Source: Candidatus Bipolaricaulia bacterium (GTDB lineage: Bacteria; Bipolaricaulota; Bipolaricaulia; UBA7950; UBA9294). Taken from it: a stretch of DNA of 64,000 nt. Under the pieces are notes generated by a model. It did not search any database, had not been told where the DNA came from, and saw only the letters and a program-made list of their open reading frames with translations. The translations under genes were made by a program, and so were the position numbers. This document shows positions 58,530 to 64,000 of this stretch, piece after piece. The stretch spans positions 7,115 to 71,114 of the forward strand of contig JBARQW010000100.1 of the NCBI GenBank assembly GCA_049643905.1, given 5' to 3'. Position 1 is the stretch's first letter. Every line of letters begins with the position of its first letter.

Positions 58530-59378
58530 ATGCCGGAACTCCCGGAGCTTGTCGTGATGTGTGAGGCGCTGGAAGAGCGGGTCGTGGGACGCCGACTTGT
58601 TGACGCACGCCCGGTGCGCGCCGGGATCGTCAAGACGGTTGATCCTCCGGTCGAGGCGCTGGCCGGAGAGCGGTTCGTCGCGGTCGACAGGCGTGGAAAG
58701 CACCTGATTCTGAAGGCCCGCGACGATCTTCATGTCGTCCTTCACCTGATGCTTGCCGGCCGATTGGTCGTCTGCAAGAGCAACACCAAGGTGACCAAGG
58801 CGAGCGGTTTCGTCTTCCGCTTCGAGGACGGCGAGGATCTGAGGCTGATCGAGAACGGTCACGTGAAGCGGGCGAAGATTCACGTCGTTTCCGATCCATG
58901 CGACGTCGCCTGGATCTCGGGCGCCGGCCCCGAGCCGCTGTCCGATGCGTTCACGGCGGAGTACCTGAAGGCGGCCGTCTCCGCTCGTCGCCAGCAGCTG
59001 AAGAAGGTCCTCACCGATCAATCGACGATCGCCGGGATCGGGACCGCCTATTCGGACGAAATTTGCTTCGCCGCCGAGCTTTCGCCGATCCGCTACGTCA
59101 GCACACTGAGCGATGAGGAGATCGAAAGGCTCCACGAGACGATTCGCTCCGTCTTGACAGCGGCGATCGACGAGATCCGCGCGCAGTCCGGCGAGGCCTT
59201 GCTTGCGGGGCACAAGCGGGGCTTCCTGCAGATCTACAAGAAGACCGGGCAGCCGTGCCCGAGATGCGGAACCAAGATCGCAGAGATCCGCTACGCGCAG
59301 ACGCGCACCTACTACTGTCCTCATTGCCAATCAGGCGATAGAAATCTTCCGGATCGCCGCTTCTGGCTCACGCGCTAG
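58530..59378 (+). CDS. mutM: formamidopyrimidine-DNA glycosylase / Nei-family DNA glycosylase
   Basis: 'MPELPELVVMCEAL' (Pro2, Glu3), H2TH domain, C-terminal zinc finger 'CPRCGTKIAEIRYAQTRTYYCPHCQ'. Confidence 0.85.
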   Translation: MPELPELVVMCEALEERVVGRRLVDARPVRAGIVKTVDPPVEALAGERFVAVDRRGKHLILKARDDLHVVLHLMLAGRLVVCKSNTKVTKASGFVFRFEDGEDLRLIENGHVKRAKIHVVSDPCDVAWISGAGPEPLSDAFTAEYLKAAVSARRQQLKKVLTDQSTIAGIGTAYSDEICFAAELSPIRYVSTLSDEEIERLHETIRSVLTAAIDEIRAQSGEALLAGHKRGFLQIYKKTGQPCPRCGTKIAEIRYAQTRTYYCPHCQSGDRNLPDRRFWLTR

Positions 59379-59731
59379 CAGCGCGCGCCCCCAGCGGACT
59401 GACTGCGGACTGGTACGCCAAACGTCATCACCGTACCTAGAACCTTCACTCGAGAGTTCTTGGTTCGGTTATAGCTGGTACTCCAAAGACCCCATCCAAC
59501 GAAGCGAAGAGACTTGCGGGCCTTTCCTCTCCCCAGTTGCGTACGTATCAAGCGGACGGCCCCCTACTGGATGAGCGACGGGTTCGACCGCGGTGTCGCC
59601 AAGAACGAGGACGTCGGGACCTCATCGATGCCTTCCCGGGTTTCGGTACGACCATTTGGATGGGAGGAAGTGACATTCGGGGCGGCTTCCGCTGTCGGAG
59701 GCTCCGAAAGAGTGAGTGTTCGACCGGCCGC

Positions 59732-60244
59732 CTACGACACGACAGCTCGAATCAGAAGCGCGATCCAGCCAAGAAGGAACGACAGAGCAACAAGGCCAGC
59801 GAGGAAGCGAGGAGCGAGTCGAGCGACCAGGGGAAGTCGCGAGATGGACGGGAGCCATTCGTCGCATGTCCAATTGGAGGCTGCGACGCAGACCTTCTCC
59901 CCATTGCAGAAGCGATGAAGGTTTCGGTGGAATTCGCCGCCGGCGAATTGACTCTCGATTCCACGCAGCATGGCGCCCAGATGCCTCTCCTCTGCCTTCA
60001 GACGTGTGTGGGCCACGAGCCACGATGCACTCGAAAGAAGCCCGACGGCGATCAGGCCGATCTCGACGAAGAACGGCAGTCCGTCGAGAGGAATCGGCTC
60101 GATGGAGACGAGGAAGACGAGTGAGATGACGAGGATCGATTCGGCGACCAGACCGCCGATGAACAAGGACCAGCCGCTGTGTTCCTTGGTTGCAGCACTC
60201 TGGGAGAGTGCTTGATAGACAATCAGCCATTGATCAAGTTCCAT
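59732..60244 (-). CDS. hypothetical membrane protein (3-4 TM)
   Basis: 170 aa, hydrophobic segments 'ILVISLVFLVSI', 'IGLIAVGLLSSASWLV', 'LAGLVALSFLLGWIALLI'. Confidence 0.45.
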   Translation of the reverse strand: MELDQWLIVYQALSQSAATKEHSGWSLFIGGLVAESILVISLVFLVSIEPIPLDGLPFFVEIGLIAVGLLSSASWLVAHTRLKAEERHLGAMLRGIESQFAGGEFHRNLHRFCNGEKVCVAASNWTCDEWLPSISRLPLVARLAPRFLAGLVALSFLLGWIALLIRAVVS

Positions 60245-60420
60245 GGCCCCCCCTTGGATGGCAATCAGCTCACTACCGACGATCGACCGAAAACGGCGAT
60301 GGGAAAAGGGAATCGGTTCAATGCCAGAAGGACAGATGTCTGCGTCCCGGATGTTTTGACCCCTGTGGCGACTCTCGGTTAAAGTAAGAGTTCAGGCTGA
60401 AGGCCTCCTAGGGAGTCATT

Positions 60421-61821
60421 GTGCAGATGCAATCTTCAGTGGTAGGGGAACGTTCACTTGGCAGGGATCTCGTCCGACGGATCCTGGACGAAGTGGCAGG
60501 ATCCGTTACTTCGCAGACGCCCTTTCAGCGAGTTCTCGTTTCACTGTTTAGCAATGCGATTGAGCCCGGCTCCGAAGATTCAACGACAGTGATATCGGAG
60601 TACGCCTGCCGCGGCCTCTCCCCAAAACACGAGGAGAGGATCCTGCAGTTCTTCAGGAACGGCGGGGTCGTCTCCGGACAGCGGTTCGCCCCGCTTGCGC
60701 GGTGGAGTCGATCCTACTTCTTCCCTGGCGGAACGAAGCTCCCGCCAACGTCTCTACGCGTGCCTTCATCCCGGAGATTCATGACTTCCGGAGGTTGGTG
60801 CGCAGAGGATGTCTTCCTGATTCCGTTCTGGATCGATGGGGAGATCATCGGGCAGATCTCGATGGACGACCCGATGGATGGGGCGAGGCCATCTGATGAA
60901 ACCCTCCTTCGCCTCGAGGCCCTCGCCGCGGTAGTCGCGGTGGCGTTACGCGATGCGCGTGATCTGGAGAGGCTTTCAGAGACGCACCGCGTCTTTCAGT
61001 TCCTCACGGAGAGCGCTATGACGGGGGTCTTGGTCGTCCAAGACGATGAAGCGCGCTATGTGAACGGTCAGGCCTGCGAGCTCCTTGGATACGCAAAAGA
61101 AGATCTGTTGTCTCTGAACCCGTGGTGGCAGGTCGTACATCCCGACGATCGGCCGTTGGTCTGGCAGAAGAGCGGGCATCCGCCCGAGCTGAAAGGTACG
61201 GTTCGAGCCGTGCGCCGCGACGGGCGTATCATCTGGCTCACGTCGTGCACCTATCCGATGGAGCATGAGGACGGAAACGCCTTTGTCTTGCACTTCTTCG
61301 ATATCACCGATCACGTCGAGACGGAATCTCAGCTCAAGGAGAAGGCGCTGCGCGACCCGCTCACCGGCCTCCTGAATCGGAGCTACTTCGAGGACGCGAT
61401 TCGGAAGGAGATTGAGCGATCGAAGAGGTACAAGCGTCCGCTGACGCTGATGATGTCCGATCTGGCACGATTCAAGCTGGTCAACGACCGTCTCGGGCAC
61501 CAAGAGGGTGATCGCATCCTCTCCGGGGTTGCTGGCGTGATCCAACACCAGCTTCGTGACAGCGACTGGGTCGTCCGCTATGGGGGCGATGAATTCCTCT
61601 TCGTTCTCCCCGAAACCGGGACGGATGTCGAGGTCGTGGAGAAGCGCTTGGGTCAGGCCGTTGTCGAGTGGTGTGCCGAGAACGTCGCTGAAGTACAGGT
61701 TGAGATGGACTTCGGCTGGGCCACATGGACGCCCGAGCAGCAACGCGATGTGGCGGACCTCGTTCGCGAAGCCGACGAGATGCTCTACAGAAGGAAGACG
61801 GAGCGAGCGCACGCTCGGTAG
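60421..61821 (+). CDS. diguanylate cyclase (GAF-like plus PAS plus GGDEF)
   Basis: 'RDPLTGLLNR', 'RYGGDEFLFVLPET' GGDEF signature, PAS 'VVVQDDEARYVNGQACELLGY'. Confidence 0.85.
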   Translation: MQMQSSVVGERSLGRDLVRRILDEVAGSVTSQTPFQRVLVSLFSNAIEPGSEDSTTVISEYACRGLSPKHEERILQFFRNGGVVSGQRFAPLARWSRSYFFPGGTKLPPTSLRVPSSRRFMTSGGWCAEDVFLIPFWIDGEIIGQISMDDPMDGARPSDETLLRLEALAAVVAVALRDARDLERLSETHRVFQFLTESAMTGVLVVQDDEARYVNGQACELLGYAKEDLLSLNPWWQVVHPDDRPLVWQKSGHPPELKGTVRAVRRDGRIIWLTSCTYPMEHEDGNAFVLHFFDITDHVETESQLKEKALRDPLTGLLNRSYFEDAIRKEIERSKRYKRPLTLMMSDLARFKLVNDRLGHQEGDRILSGVAGVIQHQLRDSDWVVRYGGDEFLFVLPETGTDVEVVEKRLGQAVVEWCAENVAEVQVEMDFGWATWTPEQQRDVADLVREADEMLYRRKTERAHAR

Positions 61822-62144
61822 AACCACCTGCTGGGGACGTCCGACGTCTAGCGTTTCGTGTATCCTACGACGATCGTCAGTCCGCGGGGGTGAAGAATGA
61901 GAGGGATCGCGAAGGTCATCTCGGCCTCGGCCCATGACCAGCCCCCCCCGCCATTCCCCCAGTCTCTGGGGGGTCGTTGTGACCGGACATCCCTGCTTGT
62001 GCGGTGTTGAGGTTGTACCTTGAGGGCGTCTCTTGCCCCCCTCAGCCCTGAGAGAGCAGTGAGCCAGGCCGGGTCCTGAGGCTCTTCAGAGCACGCTTTC
62101 AATCGCGACCACGTGAGGGTAGCATCATCAGAGAGGAGGGTGCT

Positions 62145-62612
62145 TTGAGCAAGCTATTGCTGTTCAGCGTCGCAGCGACACTCGTTCTGGGCTTCGGGCT
62201 TGAGTGGGGAGATCAGGAGCAAGCTCAGCCCTACGGTACGCTAGCCGATCAAGGGAGTCCGCAGAGGCTTGAAGCCCCACTGATTGTGTTCTTCGGTAAG
62301 GAGAGCTGTGGAAACTGCCGTCGCATGAGAGAGAGCTTGAGTGGGCTGCTGGCAGAATACCCGACGGCAACAGCCGGGTTCTTCGACATCGAAGATGACG
62401 ACAACCAAGACACCTTTCAGATCCTCCTCGAACACTACGCTCCAGACGGGATTCGCGAGATCTACCCAGTGGTCTTCGTCGGAGAAACCGTGATCGTTGG
62501 GGAAGGGCTCGTCCAGGAGATCGACCTCAGAGTCGCGGTGGAGAACTGCCTCGCCACAGGCTGCTCTTCACCTCTGGACCGCATTGACGCGTCCTACGGG
62601 GGCAGCCAGTAG
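62145..62612 (+). CDS. secreted/membrane-anchored thioredoxin-fold protein (CxxC)
   Basis: Signal/TM 'LLLFSVAATLVLGF', 'LIVFFGKESCGNCRRM' CxxC. TTG start with a GAGGAGGG SD. Confidence 0.6.
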   Translation: MSKLLLFSVAATLVLGFGLEWGDQEQAQPYGTLADQGSPQRLEAPLIVFFGKESCGNCRRMRESLSGLLAEYPTATAGFFDIEDDDNQDTFQILLEHYAPDGIREIYPVVFVGETVIVGEGLVQEIDLRVAVENCLATGCSSPLDRIDASYGGSQ

Positions 62613-62737
62613 GGGGAGCAGACGTTCAATCCCGAGTTTCCGTCGATTAGGGCATGTGGCTGCCTACCGCGTCGATGCAGACAAGACACGCACGCCCTTT
62701 GAACTAACTCCGGAACGGTTTCGCTGGGGCGCGCTCT

Positions 62738-62818
62738 CTGATGTGTGTCCCGCTTCGCGTGGTATGAGTGTCGACCTGTTAGATCCTAGTGTTGGACTGC
62801 AAGACCAGACCGCGCACC
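62738..62818. repeat. direct repeat copy 1 (about 60-80 bp; core GGTATGAGTGTCGACCTGTTAGATCCTAGTGTTGGACTGCAAGACCAGACC)
   Basis: About 85% identical to the copy at 63326-63401. Preceded by a degenerate copy of the 35-bp ATGG..TGCGTCCC..GGG..TTCG module. Confidence 0.75.
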
Positions 62819-63004
62819 CGCGAGCGAAAGGCAGACCCACGCATGTCCCCCACGGCGGAGCCGGTGTCCTTCTGTGCCGGCTGCATCCGACCGAAGCTGC
62901 CTCGAGGGGGTTCCTCACGAACCTCCGCGGGCGCTGCGGCTATACAGCCGATCTTCACCTTCCAGCCCAGCGCCCGCCTTCGTTCATCTTTCCCTGGCCG
63001 GAGC

Positions 63005-63154
63005 CTACTTCTTTGTCAGCTCTTCGCCGCAGCACTTGAAGCCGCCGCAGCGGCAGTCGTCGTCGCTGCAGCTACACTCCGTCTTGACCTCGATCTCGAG
63101 CCCGCAGTAGCTGCATGAATAGATGGCGCCGAGCTTCATTTCCGAGCATTTCAT
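63005..63154 (-). CDS. 49-aa cysteine-rich protein, putative metallothionein-like metal-binding peptide
   Basis: MKCSEMKLGAIYSCSYCGLEIEVKTECSCSDDDCRCGGFKCCGEELTKK: 9 Cys in 49 aa. GGTGA SD 5 nt upstream of the ATG. Confidence 0.45.
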   Translation of the reverse strand: MKCSEMKLGAIYSCSYCGLEIEVKTECSCSDDDCRCGGFKCCGEELTKK

Positions 63155-63274
63155 CGTGATCACCGGGCCCGATTGTACGCGAAACGAGGGCAGTGCTTGG
63201 CGGCAACCAGCCCGCCGACACCTGGTGCCCACCATCGATTGAAGGGACACAAACGTCATTTGCGGCTGCTCCTT

Positions 63275-63401
63275 GAAGAATTATGGTTTGCGTCCCGGGT
63301 TTCGTCCCTTGAGGAATCATGGCATGCGTCCCCGGGGTTCGGCGGTATGAGTGTCGACCTACTAGATCCTAGTGCTGGAATGCAGGACCAAACCCCGCGC
63401 C
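63275..63401. repeat. two tandem 35-bp modules (ATGGtTTGCGTCCCgGGtTTCG) followed by direct repeat copy 2
   Basis: 63275-63310 and 63311-63346 tandem modules, then GGTATGAGTGTCGACCTACTAGATCCTAGTGCTGGAATGCAGGACCAAACC. Confidence 0.7.
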
Positions 63402-63469
63402 TCGTCAAGGAATGCACGCCCGACGGCGGTCCGAACGGAGCTATGTGAATTGCTGCCCGCGCCCACGTA

Positions 63470-63960
63470 GAACAGGTCTTGGGGTCTGGTACCCACTAGT
63501 GTTCTGTCTAGCTCTAGAACTCACCGGTGGCCAACTGCAGCCGAAATCGATGAAGTCCTGTCTGGAAGCTAGGAATTCGTCGATCAACTCATAGCGACGT
63601 GAGTTGTTGATGTGCATCAACAGGATCCATTTCGTCCTCTCCGGGCGCCGGAGAGAACTACTTCAAACACGCCACGGGCTCTTCATCCTGGCATTCGTCT
63701 TGGCAGGAGGTGGTCGTTTAGACTAACTCTAGAAGTGGACCGGCCACTGGGGGCTGGTCACAAGGCTAGGGGGCACGCCATCATGACTTTGCGGTAGTCA
63801 ATCCTTCCGATCCATCATGGTTTCACCTGGTCGATCTGTCAATCGACGCCAAGCTTCGGAAGTTCGTCTCGGCCTAGCATCATAGGTCAATCTAGACGAT
63901 TGTGGGGCTGGTCGGCTACCGGAGGTAATGATCCCGATTCAGGTTCCAGCTCGGGAACAG
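63470..63960. other. non-coding, compositionally anomalous region rich in CTAG and 6-bp restriction-site palindromes
   Basis: KpnI, SpeI, XbaI x3, AgeI, PstI, ClaI, EcoRI, BamHI and HindIII sites within about 420 bp. At least 8 CTAG tetramers, against a handful in the other 62 kb. Nested inverted repeats ATCAACTCA/TGAGTTG and GTTGATG-TG-CATCAAC at about 63578-63625. No ORF with protein-like translation. Confidence 0.6.
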
Positions 63961-64000
63961 TCCACCAGCGGGTGCCAGCGAAGGGCAGCCCCCTTGACCC

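Noticed and set aside
62497-63118. Plus-strand ORFs 62497-63039, 62789-63118, 62874-63110 as real proteins
   Set aside because: The translations are low-complexity. They overlap the much more protein-like Cys-rich ORF on the minus strand. Only the N-terminal 16 codons after the ATG at 62764 are conserved in the second repeat copy.
63470-63960. Calling the terminal region definite cloning-vector contamination
   Set aside because: The order and spacing of sites do not match any polylinker I can recall, and the sites are separated by 10-25 bp of other sequence. I kept it as an anomaly to be checked rather than asserting it.

Overview
This window is a high-GC (about 60-63%) bacterial chromosomal segment dominated by housekeeping genes. 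All calls rest on reading the six-frame translations and the DNA by eye. No homology searches were run.

Main content, in order:
- Two convergent Crp/Fnr-family regulators (the first is cut by the window edge).
- A minus-strand tRNA cluster (Arg-CCG, Ser-GCU, Ser-UGA) with hairpin and tandem repeats between the genes.
- mnmA, a cupin gene and an alkaline-phosphatase-superfamily gene.
- An ADP-forming acetyl-CoA synthetase followed by a Pta-N-terminal-like (DRTGG) gene.
- A low-GC ribbon-helix-helix gene and a PKD/beta-propeller lipoprotein gene.
- An amidohydrolase, GT4 glycosyltransferase and pfkA in one operon, with glmS convergent.
- pgk, tRNA-Gly(CCC), uracil-DNA glycosylase, then infB, a DUF503 gene and rbfA, then cca.
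- An orphan HerA/DUF87-like ATPase fused to a C-terminal winged helix, followed by hpf and a ThiI-like PP-loop protein.
- rpoC alone, without rpoB, coding an unusually long (1665 aa) beta-prime subunit.
- A contiguous str/S10/spc/alpha ribosomal cluster running rpsL, rpsG, fusA (no tuf), rpsJ through rplQ, including secY, adk, map, infA and rpmJ.
- A threonine-dehydrogenase-like epimerase, an AEC transporter, the hydantoinase A/B pair, an ArsB/NhaD permease, fpg, a GGDEF protein and a secreted thioredoxin-like protein.
- The last ~1.3 kb is compositionally odd. It holds a direct-repeat-flanked cassette carrying a 49-aa cysteine-rich metallothionein-like gene. It is followed by a region rich in CTAG and in 6-bp restriction-site palindromes with no convincing ORF.

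The two most novel candidates are the HerA-like ATPase with a winged-helix tail and the repeat-flanked Cys-rich gene with its anomalous terminal region.

Many gene starts use GTG or TTG, and many junctions overlap (ATGA, TTGA, TAATG). Several promoters with near-consensus -35/-10 boxes can be read directly, and two of them imply leaderless mRNAs. Coordinates of non-ORF features may be off by 1-2 nt.
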